The translations under genes and the position numbers were made by a program. 64,000 bases of DNA from an uncultured Chloroflexia bacterium (GTDB lineage Bacteria > Chloroflexota > Anaerolineae > Anaerolineales > Villigracilaceae), in contig CAVSAF010000023.1 in assembly GCA_963725805.1 (NCBI GenBank), forward strand, positions 88,201 through 152,200, written 5' to 3'. The stretch's first letter is position 1. Each line of letters opens with the position of its first letter. A model generated the notes under the pieces. The model saw nothing but the letters and a program-made list of their open reading frames with translations. It made no database searches and was not told the origin of the DNA. Shown in pieces: positions 1 through 10,494 of this stretch.

Positions 1-1493
1 TGACCGTGCGTTATTTCAGTGTCGCCATGTCCCAAAGTCTGGTGGTTTGTTTGCTTGTATGGATATTATTCTTTACACTGGGACAGGGACGCCCGCGCTG
101 GCAAATTGTTGTCGGAGGGATGCTGACAGGCATTATGGTGATGACGCGTCAGAACATGGTGCCGGTTTTATTCATTCTTGCGGCATATATTTTCTGGCAG
201 CATGGTTGGAAGGTTGGAGCAATTCTGACAGCTGCTTGCATTCTTCCAATCTTGATCATGCACGTGATCTATTGGCCGGACATATTAAAAATGTGGGCGA
301 TTTACCTGCCAGTGCGATTGACGCCTTTTCTTGAACCATGGAGGCCGCCGGTTTTAATAGCAATTCAAAACCATCCGGATATATCTGCAATATGGCAGAG
401 TCTTCTGGACGGATTCCGTTATCATTTCGTGGCTCTGACCGGTGGGTTGCTGGCTCTATTTTTCTGGCCGGCTCGTAAAAACTGGAAAGACGGCAGCCAA
501 TTTCGCAATGTGGTCTTTCTGGCCACCTTGTTTGTAGTTCTTCTTGTACTCCATGCTTGGGCTGGACTTGGAAATACCGCCGCGAACAATAACAATGTGT
601 TTACGTTCAGCCCCTACCTGGCTTTCTTCGATTTCCTGGGTATCCTGGTCTTTATCAGCATCTTCAGTACTATTAAATATCGCCGCATTTCATTTGCAAA
701 AAGTGGCCTGGTTATTCTATTTTTAACGCTGCTCTCGGCTGGCATAGGAAGAGGGGATTTTGAGGTTATTGGCGATAAACTGGCGACCATCTCACTGCCA
801 CGCTTCCGTGACTTTTTCACAACGCTTCAATTCTTACCGGGCAAAGCTTACTTGTGGCAAATTCTCTTTAATAAATTTGGAATTGAATATGATACTTCCC
901 GCGTGCTCATACCAACAATCGTGGGGTTCCTGGCTGGCTTGTTGATAATTCTTCTCGGTTGGCTATTCTGGCTCTACCTGCGACGGAGATTCCCGCCACA
1001 GCTCACTTTTGCTTTGTTCATTGCCATGGGATTCCTGGTTACTGGTGTTATATTCACCCCTACCGTCATATTGGGAGGAGGTTTTCAGGAATGGAAATGC
1101 AACGGAAACACCCTGGAGGCCTATGAGAAGAGTGGTCATTACCTGGTTGAAGTAATTCCTCCGGGAAGCCGGGTGTTTTGGGGCGGGGGGAATGCTGCCG
1201 CGGCACTTTTGTACCTCCCGGAAATTCGGATATTTCCCCAGCAATTGGATTATCCCTATAATTTTTATCAAACCGGAAATTCTGACGAATTGGCCCGATA
1301 TGGATATTGGAATAAAGACCTGGCGCTACACTGGCAGGATGAAGCGGATGTGTTCATATTTCAAGAAATGGAATACACGCAAACATGGCAGGCGTACGTC
1401 AACACTGATGGTTTCACCGAGGCGCCTCAATTTACACAGGCACTTAATTGTGCCCCGGATACGTACCTGCGCGTATTTTTTCGGAAGCCTTAG
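1..1493 (+). CDS. Polytopic GT-C-like (ArnT/PMT_2-type) membrane glycosyltransferase candidate, 5'-truncated by the window edge; paralogue of 8555..10480
   Basis: The frame is open to the window edge (ORF track 6..1493 starts at an internal GTG). It has many hydrophobic helices. It aligns with the C-terminal ~495 aa of 8555..10480: TRQNMVPVLFILAAYIFWQHG vs TRQNMAPVLPVLLVYIFWQYG, GGGFQEWKCNGN vs GGGFNQWECSMN, PDTYLRVFFRKP vs PGTYLRIFIRKV. Confidence 0.6.
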   Translation, partial: TVRYFSVAMSQSLVVCLLVWILFFTLGQGRPRWQIVVGGMLTGIMVMTRQNMVPVLFILAAYIFWQHGWKVGAILTAACILPILIMHVIYWPDILKMWAIYLPVRLTPFLEPWRPPVLIAIQNHPDISAIWQSLLDGFRYHFVALTGGLLALFFWPARKNWKDGSQFRNVVFLATLFVVLLVLHAWAGLGNTAANNNNVFTFSPYLAFFDFLGILVFISIFSTIKYRRISFAKSGLVILFLTLLSAGIGRGDFEVIGDKLATISLPRFRDFFTTLQFLPGKAYLWQILFNKFGIEYDTSRVLIPTIVGFLAGLLIILLGWLFWLYLRRRFPPQLTFALFIAMGFLVTGVIFTPTVILGGGFQEWKCNGNTLEAYEKSGHYLVEVIPPGSRVFWGGGNAAAALLYLPEIRIFPQQLDYPYNFYQTGNSDELARYGYWNKDLALHWQDEADVFIFQEMEYTQTWQAYVNTDGFTEAPQFTQALNCAPDTYLRVFFRKP

Positions 1494-1499
1494 TTCGAC

Positions 1500-2732
1500 C
1501 TAGGTGACCCGAATGAACCAAAGTGTCCCAATAACATAGGAAATGATGGAGATCACGATAAGCAGGAGAATCAGCCATTTCGGCCATTTACGGAAACCGA
1601 TGGCAGTCAGCATCAAGAGCGGCATGGTAAAGTCCAGAGTGTAACGCGGTCCAAAGGTTTTCCATCCAGTCCCGATGTTCAAAAGGATTGGGATGGTAAC
1701 GGCTATCACGGTCAGCCATAATACGATGACCGAACTGCGCAGCTTGGGGATTAAAAGCGCCCAGAAACTGGCGAAGAAAAGCGGGCTAAGCAGGAATAGA
1801 CTTCCACCCATCAAGGTCATGTCAGATGCTGGAAATGGGTAGTAAATAAAGTTGTAGTAGAAATTCGTCAGCACATAATGTACATTGAAATGACCGTATT
1901 TCAGGAAATCCGGCTGGAAGAAATTTCCAAAGTCCTGGTAAGTGAGACCATATTCCAAAATGCTGCCAAAACGTAAATAGTTGTAGAGAAGGTTTAGAAG
2001 AACGCCAACCAGGATGGGTAGGGCAGCCACGAACAAATAGGAAATTATCTTCTTAATTTTTGCAGATTTGTGTGCCTGGATAAGGAACCAGGCGGGCCAT
2101 ATTCCAAGAAAAATCAGATGATTGCGAGTCAAGGTTGCGCATGCCAATGCCAGGCCGGTGAAGAAGAAGGCGGGATACCCTTTTAGCCGAACTGCAGCCA
2201 GGAAGGCCAGAATGCTGCACAGGAATGCGATCACCTGGCTGGTGAACCAGACGATGCCAAGGGAAGAAAGGAACAGGTGAACGGTTCCAAATGCAAAGAA
2301 AATGGTGAGAAGGCCGCGCTCACCGGCATCCACGGGGATCACGTTTTGTTTGTCGAGGACACGAAGAATATAAGCCACCAGCGCGACATTTAGCGCACCC
2401 AGGACCAGGGTGAAAAAAACATCACTGAATCCAACCCCAAAAATGGCAACAAATGGCATCATGAGAATGGCCGGGAAAGGGGGCCAGTACATGAAGTAAT
2501 GCCCGTTGAAAAGGGCTAGATCATGCAAGTTCGGCGGCACTACTCGTAAAGACAATTGTCCGTGTAAAAAAGCATCTGCCAGGTAATTAAAATAGGGGGA
2601 GCTGGATACACCGAATATAGGCCCACGCTTCGATGCAAACAGTGCATAAATACAGAAAGAAATTATTCCAGCAGAAATGGGTGATTCGAATAAATTCAGA
2701 AAGAACTTCCAGGCTCTGTCAAACCTATGCAT
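1500..2732 (-). CDS. Polytopic membrane protein, GT-C-like glycosyltransferase candidate
   Basis: 410-aa ORF and the only credible minus-strand gene. It is highly hydrophobic with many helices. The N-terminal loop YFNYLADAFLHGQLSL...FNGHYFMYWPPFPAIL resembles the first extracytoplasmic loop of ArnT/PMT_2-type enzymes. Confidence 0.5.
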   Translation of the reverse strand: MHRFDRAWKFFLNLFESPISAGIISFCIYALFASKRGPIFGVSSSPYFNYLADAFLHGQLSLRVVPPNLHDLALFNGHYFMYWPPFPAILMMPFVAIFGVGFSDVFFTLVLGALNVALVAYILRVLDKQNVIPVDAGERGLLTIFFAFGTVHLFLSSLGIVWFTSQVIAFLCSILAFLAAVRLKGYPAFFFTGLALACATLTRNHLIFLGIWPAWFLIQAHKSAKIKKIISYLFVAALPILVGVLLNLLYNYLRFGSILEYGLTYQDFGNFFQPDFLKYGHFNVHYVLTNFYYNFIYYPFPASDMTLMGGSLFLLSPLFFASFWALLIPKLRSSVIVLWLTVIAVTIPILLNIGTGWKTFGPRYTLDFTMPLLMLTAIGFRKWPKWLILLLIVISIISYVIGTLWFIRVT

Positions 2733-2839
2733 AACCCAGGCTCCTTATGTATATATGTTATGTGAGTATAATGGGTGTTCACACGGATTGGAAGGCCGAG
2801 GGCGCTGGCGTGCATGCAAATACCATCCGGGTATCCAAC

Positions 2840-4588
2840 ATGAAAACCTTTCGCTATTCCTCCTCTCAATCGCTCCACGATGTTCCAAGCAGCCAGGCCT
2901 CCCAAAAGAGCCGGCCTCTCTATGCGATTCGTTCCAACCCGCATGGGGTAAACAGGTGGGACTGGCTGTTCGTCTTGATTTTCCTGGCTTTCGCGGTCGT
3001 ATATTTCCTGGGACGTTTGCAAGGGAACTATCCGGTGGTCATCCTGACGGGCGATGGCGGAAATATTGCCAGTTATGCGGCTGCCCTTGATCACCCCGCC
3101 TGGTTTAAGTCCGACCCGGCCCTGGGCGCCTCAAATAATATCGGCATCTATGCCACCATCCATATTCCCCTGATCCGTGCCCTAAATCATCTGACCGGCG
3201 ACTACGGGCTGGCTTATGCCTGGCTGGTTCTTCCACAGACATTCCTGCAGCTGCTCGGCTTTTACATCCTGGGGCGCGTGCTCTTTAAGAACCGCTTCTG
3301 GGCTTTTTTGCTGGCCTTCCTGACCGCCATGACGGTCATCAATGTCGGCCTGGGTGAGATCTGGGGTGTCTGGCAGGATGCACTGCCGCGCGTCACCTTC
3401 CAGTCACTGCTGCCCTTCCTGCTTACGCTGACACTGGTCTGGAAAGACCGTCCCGGGCGCTGGCCCTGGCTGATGCTCTTTGCCGGTCTGCTGGTCTACG
3501 TCCACCCGATCAGCGCTCCGGCCTGGGGACTGGCCGTCTGGCTCAGCCTCTGGTTGTTGCTGCCCAAAGGTTGGTCCAGGAAACGACGAATCCTCACCAT
3601 GGTGGGACTGGGTGCCCTGTTCCTGGCAGTGCTCATACCTTTTACAATCAATTACCTGTCCTACCGTGGGCGCGACCAGGGTGCCGATTACAACACGGTT
3701 ATGGCAATTCTGCAAGCATTTTTGCCTGCCAACCTGCTCAATGTTCCGGCGGCGCTGGGGAGTTTTTTGTGGAATATGACCCGCAGCCTGCTCCTGCCAG
3801 TGGCATTGACCGGGATTGCGGCCACCTGGTTGCTGAAAAAGGACGACCGCACACCGGTCAAGATCGTTTTCCTGTGGATGGCAGGTATTTTCATCACCAG
3901 TGTCTTAATTCCATTTGCCGAGCAGTTGGTCGAGCAACGCTATCAAATCCTACCGCTCGAAACCGAACTGGTACGGTGTATCCGTTATTTCGTGCCCCTG
4001 CTCCTGCTGTTCTGGATTTGGCCTCTGGCGGAATGGACGCCGCGCCTCTCTACTCCGCTTGCCCGCCGGGCGGCCATAGCCCTGGGGATCGTGCTCTTGG
4101 GCTTTTGGAGTGCCACGAACCGTCCCGCCGTGCGGGATATTTACCAAACCTTCATCTGCTTCACGAAAGCGCGCCTGGTATGCGCGGCGCCAACTCCATT
4201 AAGTGAACTCATCCTTACCCTGCGTACCGGGACCCAGCCTGGCGAAGGAGTACTTTTTTTCAACCAGGATCCAGCCTACACATCCCAAACCCTGAGTGTT
4301 CGTTACGAGGCTTTGCGCCCGCTGGTTTACACGTCGCGTGATGGCGGTCTGCTGAGTTATGCCAACCGCTCTGCTCTCCCGGCCTGGATGGAGACTACCC
4401 GGCAGTGGGAAGCCTTGCGAGCCATGAATGATCCGCAGGAACGGCTGGTGGGATTAATTTCCATGGCAGGAACGCTCAAAGCTGATTACCTCATCATAGA
4501 TTTCAAAATTGCGCCAACATTTCTGGCTGGACTGCCGGTGAAGGTCTTGCTGCATAATGATGGATACACCCTGATTGAATTAAATTAG
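2840..4588 (+). CDS. Polytopic membrane protein with soluble C-terminal domain (GT-C-like or polymerase-like, function unknown)
   Basis: ORF track gives 2747..4588. I prefer the ATG at 2840 (MKTFRYSS) because the upstream part lies in the divergent intergenic region. More than 10 hydrophobic segments are followed by a ~150-aa hydrophilic tail. Confidence 0.45.
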   Translation: MKTFRYSSSQSLHDVPSSQASQKSRPLYAIRSNPHGVNRWDWLFVLIFLAFAVVYFLGRLQGNYPVVILTGDGGNIASYAAALDHPAWFKSDPALGASNNIGIYATIHIPLIRALNHLTGDYGLAYAWLVLPQTFLQLLGFYILGRVLFKNRFWAFLLAFLTAMTVINVGLGEIWGVWQDALPRVTFQSLLPFLLTLTLVWKDRPGRWPWLMLFAGLLVYVHPISAPAWGLAVWLSLWLLLPKGWSRKRRILTMVGLGALFLAVLIPFTINYLSYRGRDQGADYNTVMAILQAFLPANLLNVPAALGSFLWNMTRSLLLPVALTGIAATWLLKKDDRTPVKIVFLWMAGIFITSVLIPFAEQLVEQRYQILPLETELVRCIRYFVPLLLLFWIWPLAEWTPRLSTPLARRAAIALGIVLLGFWSATNRPAVRDIYQTFICFTKARLVCAAPTPLSELILTLRTGTQPGEGVLFFNQDPAYTSQTLSVRYEALRPLVYTSRDGGLLSYANRSALPAWMETTRQWEALRAMNDPQERLVGLISMAGTLKADYLIIDFKIAPTFLAGLPVKVLLHNDGYTLIELN

Positions 4589-4599
4589 CTTGATCGATC

Positions 4600-5703
4600 A
4601 TGAAAATAGTCTGTGTTTCTTTGTCGCATATCCCCTCTGATACAGCCAACAGCATCCAGGTGATGAAGGTCTGCCAGGCTTTTTCGCAAATGCAGCATGA
4701 AGTGATTCTGCTTGTCCCCGGCCTCCAACCTGAAGAGCTGGAGTCCGGTGCGCTGCAACGCCACTATGGTCTTCACACACTCTTCAAGATAGAATGGCTG
4801 GCCGCCCGTTCACGCCGGCTCTTCCCATGGACAGCCGTCAGGCATGCCCGCCGCCTTGGAGCGGATTTGTTGTACGTTTGGCCGCTCCAGGCCGCAGCGC
4901 TGGGCTTGCTGGTTGGTATTCCATCCATGCTGGAGTTACACGATTTTCCTGCCGGAAGGTTTGGACCGTTCTGGTTGCGTCTCTTCCTGTCTATCCCTGG
5001 CCGTAAACGTCTGCTACCGATCACCAACGCGCTGCGAGTTGCGTTGCACTTGCCAACTGCACAAACCGTCATTGTCCCCGACGGGGTGGACCTTGAGCGA
5101 TATGTCTCATTGCCGGATCCCCTATCCGCCCGTCATGAACTTGGCCTGCCTGATCTCCCCACTGTACTCTGCACAGGCCATCTTTATGAAGGTCGCGGGG
5201 TCGACTTGTTCCTGAGACTGGCGGATAAATTTCCACAGGCCAGTTTCGTCTGGGTGGGAGGGCGTTCTGCAGACGTGCAAATGTGGAAAGAACGCGCTTC
5301 CGTACAAGGCCTGACCAATGTCATCTTCACCGGCTTTGTTCCCAACGAGCGTATCCCGCTATACCAATCTGCTGCGGAAGTTTTGCTGATGCCCTACCAA
5401 CGGATTGTGGCTACCTCAAGCGGCGGGAATACTGCGGCGATATGCAGCCCAATGAAAATGTTTGAGTATATGGCTGCCGGAGGTGCCATCCTGACCAGCG
5501 ACCTGCCTGTCCTGCGCGAAGTATTGGATGAGAATGCCGCGGTATTCTGCCCGCCGGATGATGACGGAGTGTGGGAGTCTGCTCTTGGTGAGTTGCTGGT
5601 GGACAAAGAACGCAGGCAGGCTCTTGGTCAACGCGCACGCCAGCTTGTGGAACAATATACCTGGATCGAACGCGGCCGGCGTGCATTGGAAAACTTTTGG
5701 TAA
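4600..5703 (+). CDS. GT-B glycosyltransferase, family 1/GT4-like
   Basis: N-terminus MKIVCVSLSHIPSDTANSIQVMKVCQAF and C-terminal half ...LLMPYQ...SPMKMFEYMAAGGAILTSDLPVLREV are typical of the GT4 E-x7-E region. Confidence 0.75.
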   Translation: MKIVCVSLSHIPSDTANSIQVMKVCQAFSQMQHEVILLVPGLQPEELESGALQRHYGLHTLFKIEWLAARSRRLFPWTAVRHARRLGADLLYVWPLQAAALGLLVGIPSMLELHDFPAGRFGPFWLRLFLSIPGRKRLLPITNALRVALHLPTAQTVIVPDGVDLERYVSLPDPLSARHELGLPDLPTVLCTGHLYEGRGVDLFLRLADKFPQASFVWVGGRSADVQMWKERASVQGLTNVIFTGFVPNERIPLYQSAAEVLLMPYQRIVATSSGGNTAAICSPMKMFEYMAAGGAILTSDLPVLREVLDENAAVFCPPDDDGVWESALGELLVDKERRQALGQRARQLVEQYTWIERGRRALENFW

Positions 5704-5742
5704 GGTTCTTTGCTGCGATTATTATCCTTTACAGCCTGGAAA

Positions 5743-5770
5743 TTGAGAGGAATGAAAACCCCAGTATAAT
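5743..5770 (+). promoter_or_regulatory. Candidate sigma70-type promoter (TTGAGA-16 nt-TATAAT) upstream of the GT2 gene
   Basis: TTGAGA at 5743..5748 and TATAAT at 5765..5770 with a 16-nt spacer, inside the 147-bp AT-rich gap 5704..5850. Confidence 0.35.
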
Positions 5771-5850
5771 CAGGCAGAGCTTGTTTGGTTGAATTTGATC
5801 ATTATTCCAATAAAAGTGTAGGATAAGAACACCTCCCAATTCTGATAAAA

Positions 5851-6843
5851 ATGAATTCTTTTGTTGATCAATCCTTGCCTTCATTGGCAGTTGTCATTCC
5901 GGCATACCGCGTCGAACAAGAAATAGAAAGAGTTGTTCGTTCTATTCCTGTTTATGTACAGTATATTATTGTTGTTGATGATGCTTCCCCTGACCGGACA
6001 ACCGAGATTCTTAAGTCGCTGACGAGAGATGAACCGCGCCTCGTGCTTATTCGTCATGAGGTTAATCAAGGGGTTGGCGGCGCAGTGGTAAGCGGTTTTC
6101 GTAGAGCTCTTGAGCTGGGCGCGCAAATCGTGATAAAGATAGATGGCGATGGACAGATGGACCCTGCTTATATTATGGATTTGATCACCCCGCTCATGCT
6201 GGGTAAAGCGGATTATTCCAAAGGTAATCGCTTCCGCGACTTTGTCGCTTTACGCCATATGCCCATCATTCGTCGTTTTGGCAATATTATTCTGGGTTTT
6301 CTCACCAAAGTAGCCACTGGCTATTGGGGTATCTTCGACCCAACCAATGGTTACCTTGCCATTCGAACCGACATTCTGGCGCAGCTTCCGTTGGAGCGAA
6401 TCGCACGTGAGTATTATTTTGAAACCTCCATGTTGGCAGAACTATACCTTATCGATGCCTATGTTTTGGACATACCCATGCCAGCGCGCTATGGCGATCA
6501 GCCTTCCAGCCTGGTCATCCACCGGGTGTTGTTTGAGTTTCCTTTTCGGCTCTTGATCACTTTCTTAAGGCGAATGGCCTTGAGATATTTTCTTTACGAT
6601 TTCTCGCTGGTTTCAATTTATTTGCTGGGTGGAATTCCACTCTTTCTGTTTGGTCTGATCTTTGGCATTGTCAAATGGATCAAATATGCCACTTTAATGG
6701 TTCCAGCGCCAACGGGCACGGTTATTCTTCCGATGCTGTGTGTTATTCTCGGAATCCAATTTATTCTTTCAGCAATCCAAATCGACCTTCAATCCACTCC
6801 TCGTATTCCGCTTTCCCTGCCCTTGCAGAAAAACAATCTCTGA
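5851..6843 (+). CDS. GT2 polyprenyl-phosphate sugar synthase (GtrB/ArnC/DPM1-like) with C-terminal TM helices
   Basis: LAVVIPAYRVEQEI...IIVVDDASPDRT...IKIDGDGQMDP is the GT-A signature with DxD. Two C-terminal hydrophobic helices (LVSIYLLGGIPLFLFGLIFGIV, VILPMLCVILGIQFILSAI) match the GtrB/ArnC architecture. Confidence 0.7.
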   Translation: MNSFVDQSLPSLAVVIPAYRVEQEIERVVRSIPVYVQYIIVVDDASPDRTTEILKSLTRDEPRLVLIRHEVNQGVGGAVVSGFRRALELGAQIVIKIDGDGQMDPAYIMDLITPLMLGKADYSKGNRFRDFVALRHMPIIRRFGNIILGFLTKVATGYWGIFDPTNGYLAIRTDILAQLPLERIAREYYFETSMLAELYLIDAYVLDIPMPARYGDQPSSLVIHRVLFEFPFRLLITFLRRMALRYFLYDFSLVSIYLLGGIPLFLFGLIFGIVKWIKYATLMVPAPTGTVILPMLCVILGIQFILSAIQIDLQSTPRIPLSLPLQKNNL

Positions 6844-6971
6844 AAGCATCCTTTTCCATCATACAACCCCCACTTGACCATTGCCATAATCCAAATTTTC
6901 CGTTCCCATCCATGTTTTCATTAAATTGATCGCAACGTGTTGGGACGACTATCTCATGAACTGAACAATAA

Positions 6972-8558
6972 ATGAAAACCCTTCTGCGTGACCTGCGTTG
7001 GATCCTGCCTGCCAGTATTGGCCTGGGTCTGATTCTTTCCCTGCCCGGTCCGGGTATTTGGTGGATTGGATGGCTCGCTTACACCAGCCTGCTGTTTCTG
7101 GGCCTGTTGGCACTTTCGGCGTTATGGCGCTCGGCTGGTTCACCGCGAGCCTTGGGATGGATGTTGATATTGTCATTGGTTCTCCGCCTTGGGACAGGAA
7201 TTTTCTTCTCTTATGTGCTGCCTGTTTACGGAAATGTCAATGAGGTCCACCAGGGCGGCTACGTTTACCGGGATGCGTTCACTTACGATACCCAGGCCTG
7301 GAGTCTGGCTGCCTCGGGCGATCCGCTCTGGAAGGCTTTTGACCGATCCTATGGTATCGAAGAGCAGTATGGCGGGCTGACCTTCACTCTAAGCCTGGTT
7401 TATCGAGTGTTCAGCCCGGATGCGCACCGCCCCTGGCTGACCATTTTACTCTCCGCCTTGATGGGAGCACTCGGCGTGGGGCTGGCCTGGAAGGGAGCAC
7501 GGCAGGCCTGGGGGCAGGCTATGGCCCTGGCTCTGGGCTGGATCATGGCGCTCTACCCGGAAAGCCTGTTTTCAGGCGGTTCCCAGATCCGCGAACCGTT
7601 CCTGCTACTGTTCATTGCCATGCTCTTTTGGGCAATTACAACCTGGCTGGGAAACCGCCAACGCACAGCCTGGATCTGGCTTGCAGGAGGCACCCTTGGA
7701 TTGTTCCTGTTTTCGCCGGGTATTGCGGTAGCTGCTCTGGTTATTCTGGGTATCTGGGTCTGGCTGGCACGCAGGGAAGTTCATATCCGTTGGTGGTGGG
7801 TGGCGGGTGTGGCGGCAGTCATCCTGCTGGCAAGCTTTTTGTTCAGCCAGATTGTGGCTGGCACTCTCAAGGTCCAGGGGGGACCTCTGGCAAATCTGAT
7901 CAATTGGCTTAAATATTCAATGAATTTCGGCGCGTATGTCACAACGCTGAATTCCGGCTGGCTGCAAACGGTTTTTGAAACCTTGCCGAAATCATTGCAT
8001 CTCCCCTTTATCGTCGCATACGGGGTCGCACAACCGGTCCTTCCGGCTGCCGTTGCCGACCCGGCCGTATGGCCGGTGCGTTTGATTGGCATCTTGCGCG
8101 GCCTGGGGTGGTATGCATTACTGCCTCTCCTGGTCTACAGCCTGCGGCCAATCTGGAAGACGGAGGATAAACGCGAGCGGATGGCCTGGTTATGGCTATG
8201 GCTGGCAGTCTGGGTCTGGATTGTCGTGGCATCGGCGCGCGCCGGCGGCGACCAATGGGATAACCCGCGTTACCGGGTTATCCTGCTCATGTTCCAGGCG
8301 GTGCTGGCAGCTTACGCATTGATTTGGGCCCATCAGACCCGTGATCGCTGGCTGGGGCGCATCCTGGCCGTGGAGGGAGTCTTTCTGGTGCTGTTTGGTT
8401 ACTGGTATCTCAGTCGTTATTCCAGTGCGAATTTGAAAATCTTTAATATCTTCATTGTTTTTGCGGCCATCGCGGCCATCAGCCTGGCCATCCTTCTTGG
8501 CGGCTGGATCTGGGATCGGCGGCGTGTAAAAATGGAGATAAAGAAAGAAATGAGATGA
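6972..8558 (+). CDS. Polytopic membrane protein (GT-C-like or ligase/polymerase-like, function unknown)
   Basis: 528-aa ORF, W/L/G-rich with more than 10 hydrophobic helices. Its stop overlaps the next start (ATGA at 8555..8558). Confidence 0.4.
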   Translation: MKTLLRDLRWILPASIGLGLILSLPGPGIWWIGWLAYTSLLFLGLLALSALWRSAGSPRALGWMLILSLVLRLGTGIFFSYVLPVYGNVNEVHQGGYVYRDAFTYDTQAWSLAASGDPLWKAFDRSYGIEEQYGGLTFTLSLVYRVFSPDAHRPWLTILLSALMGALGVGLAWKGARQAWGQAMALALGWIMALYPESLFSGGSQIREPFLLLFIAMLFWAITTWLGNRQRTAWIWLAGGTLGLFLFSPGIAVAALVILGIWVWLARREVHIRWWWVAGVAAVILLASFLFSQIVAGTLKVQGGPLANLINWLKYSMNFGAYVTTLNSGWLQTVFETLPKSLHLPFIVAYGVAQPVLPAAVADPAVWPVRLIGILRGLGWYALLPLLVYSLRPIWKTEDKRERMAWLWLWLAVWVWIVVASARAGGDQWDNPRYRVILLMFQAVLAAYALIWAHQTRDRWLGRILAVEGVFLVLFGYWYLSRYSSANLKIFNIFIVFAAIAAISLAILLGGWIWDRRRVKMEIKKEMR

Positions 8559-10480
8559 CTTCCTTGTCAAAGCAGACGCTGGAGGGGCAAATAAAATCAT
8601 GGAGTTCAAAAGCTGTCATCGCACTAATATTCGCTTTGTTGGGCGCGGCGGTATACCTTGCGATTTCCATTCATTTTGCGAATACGCAGCGTTCGACCAT
8701 TGATGAAGGCCTTTATCTTTACAAAGGATACCTTTTTGCCAAGGGTGTCTACCATCCGTTCCAGGAATACGGTCTCCGGACGGAATACAGCCCCCTGTCA
8801 TATCTGATTCCAGGATATATCCAGCTGTGGTTTGGCCCCAGCCTGCTTACAGGACGGATTTTTGCCATTGTTGTCGGAGTCCTGGCCCTGTTGGGGTTAT
8901 GGGCTGCCGCCTGGAAACTGGCCGGAAGATGGTGGGCGGCCATGGCTGTTTGGGCAGTGGCGCTCAACCCGGCGATCATTCGTTTTTATAGTTTTGGCCT
9001 TTCACAAGGATTGGTGACCTGCCTGCTGATGTGGATGTTGGTCCTTGTGCTGGGAAAAAACCGGTCAGCCTGGCAGACCTCCTTGAGTGCGGTTTTGGCT
9101 GGGCTTATCCTGCTGACCCGCCAGAACATGGCCCCGGTCCTGCCGGTTCTTTTAGTTTACATCTTCTGGCAGTATGGCCGGAAGCAAGGTCTTATATCCA
9201 CACTGGCGGGTATAAGTGTTGTGATCGTGGTTAATGCAATTTTCTGGCCGGGAATTTTACTGGCTTGGGCTCCCTGGCTGCCGGCGAGTCTCACGCCATT
9301 CCTGAATAAGTGGCGGACGCCGCAGGGCGTCACGCCCGCTTTGGTTTTCTCGCCAAACGCGGTTACCCGGCTTTATACCCTGCTGGAGGGTCTTCGATTC
9401 CATTTTGTCTCCCTGGTGGGTTCCATGGTTGGACTCGTGCTCTGGCCTGCCCGGAAGGCTTGGAAAAGCGAGCAGCAGTTCAGATCCGGCGTATTCCTGG
9501 CTGTGCTTTTCTTCCTGCTTTTGGGATTGCATATCTGGGCTGGCCTGGGCTTGAGCGGGATCAATTACGGTAATGCCTACACAGTAAATCCCTATCTCGC
9601 ATTCTTTATATATATTGGTTTATTACTGGCAATTGCAGTGTTTACAAATCTTCAAAGGCATTTGTCTGTTGCGAGGCAAGTTGTTCTCAGTGCGATGATA
9701 CTCTTGATTTCCACCGGCGTTGGGTACGGAAGTTTTCTAAACATCGGCGATTTCTTATTGCATTTACGCGTTCCGCGCATCTGGAGTTTCCTCACAAGTG
9801 GGAAAATCCTTCCAGGTGTGCCAATTTGGGACACCCTCGCCAATAGATATGGCATTGCGTATAATACCTCCCTTCGGATGATTCCTTTGCTGGCTGGCTT
9901 GTTATGCGGCATCCTGGTTCTCTTGATCGGTCTCGCCATCCGAATGATCGTAAAGCATAAGAAAGTAACACCATTCTATTCCTTCGGAGTAATCACCGCA
10001 GTTGTTTTCTTGTTGGCCGGCATGATTCTCTCTCCCACGGCTGCGCTTGGCGGCGGCTTCAATCAATGGGAATGCAGTATGAATGTTATCAAGGCCTACG
10101 AGCAAACCGGCCAACTTCTTGCACGTAATCTCTCCACGGGCGATCGTGTTTATTGGGACGGCGGGAATTCTGTTGCAGTCCTGCTTTCGGTTCCAAACCT
10201 GCACATTTTTCCTCAACAAATGGATGACCAATGGAATTATTTTCATGGCGGCGTCAATAATGACCTTGCCCGCCTCGGCTTATGGAATGATGAGTTGGCA
10301 AACCTTTGGCGTGAAGAGGCTAATGTCTTCATCATTCAACAAGTCCATTTTTCGAGCTGGCAGACCTATTTGGACAACTCGAAGTTTATCGAACTTCCGA
10401 CTCCGAAAACCCCTTTGGATTGTGAACCGGGCACATACCTGAGGATATTCATCAGGAAAGTGAATGCCGCTGCAGGCTAG
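8555..10480 (+). CDS. Polytopic GT-C-like (ArnT/PMT_2-type) glycosyltransferase candidate, full-length paralogue of 1..1493
   Basis: 641 aa. N-terminal loop IDEGLYLYKGYLFAKGVYHPFQEYG is a D/E-x-x-Y type loop. It has multiple TM helices and a C-terminal soluble domain shared with the ORF at 1..1493. Confidence 0.6.
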   Translation: MTSLSKQTLEGQIKSWSSKAVIALIFALLGAAVYLAISIHFANTQRSTIDEGLYLYKGYLFAKGVYHPFQEYGLRTEYSPLSYLIPGYIQLWFGPSLLTGRIFAIVVGVLALLGLWAAAWKLAGRWWAAMAVWAVALNPAIIRFYSFGLSQGLVTCLLMWMLVLVLGKNRSAWQTSLSAVLAGLILLTRQNMAPVLPVLLVYIFWQYGRKQGLISTLAGISVVIVVNAIFWPGILLAWAPWLPASLTPFLNKWRTPQGVTPALVFSPNAVTRLYTLLEGLRFHFVSLVGSMVGLVLWPARKAWKSEQQFRSGVFLAVLFFLLLGLHIWAGLGLSGINYGNAYTVNPYLAFFIYIGLLLAIAVFTNLQRHLSVARQVVLSAMILLISTGVGYGSFLNIGDFLLHLRVPRIWSFLTSGKILPGVPIWDTLANRYGIAYNTSLRMIPLLAGLLCGILVLLIGLAIRMIVKHKKVTPFYSFGVITAVVFLLAGMILSPTAALGGGFNQWECSMNVIKAYEQTGQLLARNLSTGDRVYWDGGNSVAVLLSVPNLHIFPQQMDDQWNYFHGGVNNDLARLGLWNDELANLWREEANVFIIQQVHFSSWQTYLDNSKFIELPTPKTPLDCEPGTYLRIFIRKVNAAAG

Positions 10481-10494
10481 AGATACAGCACCAG

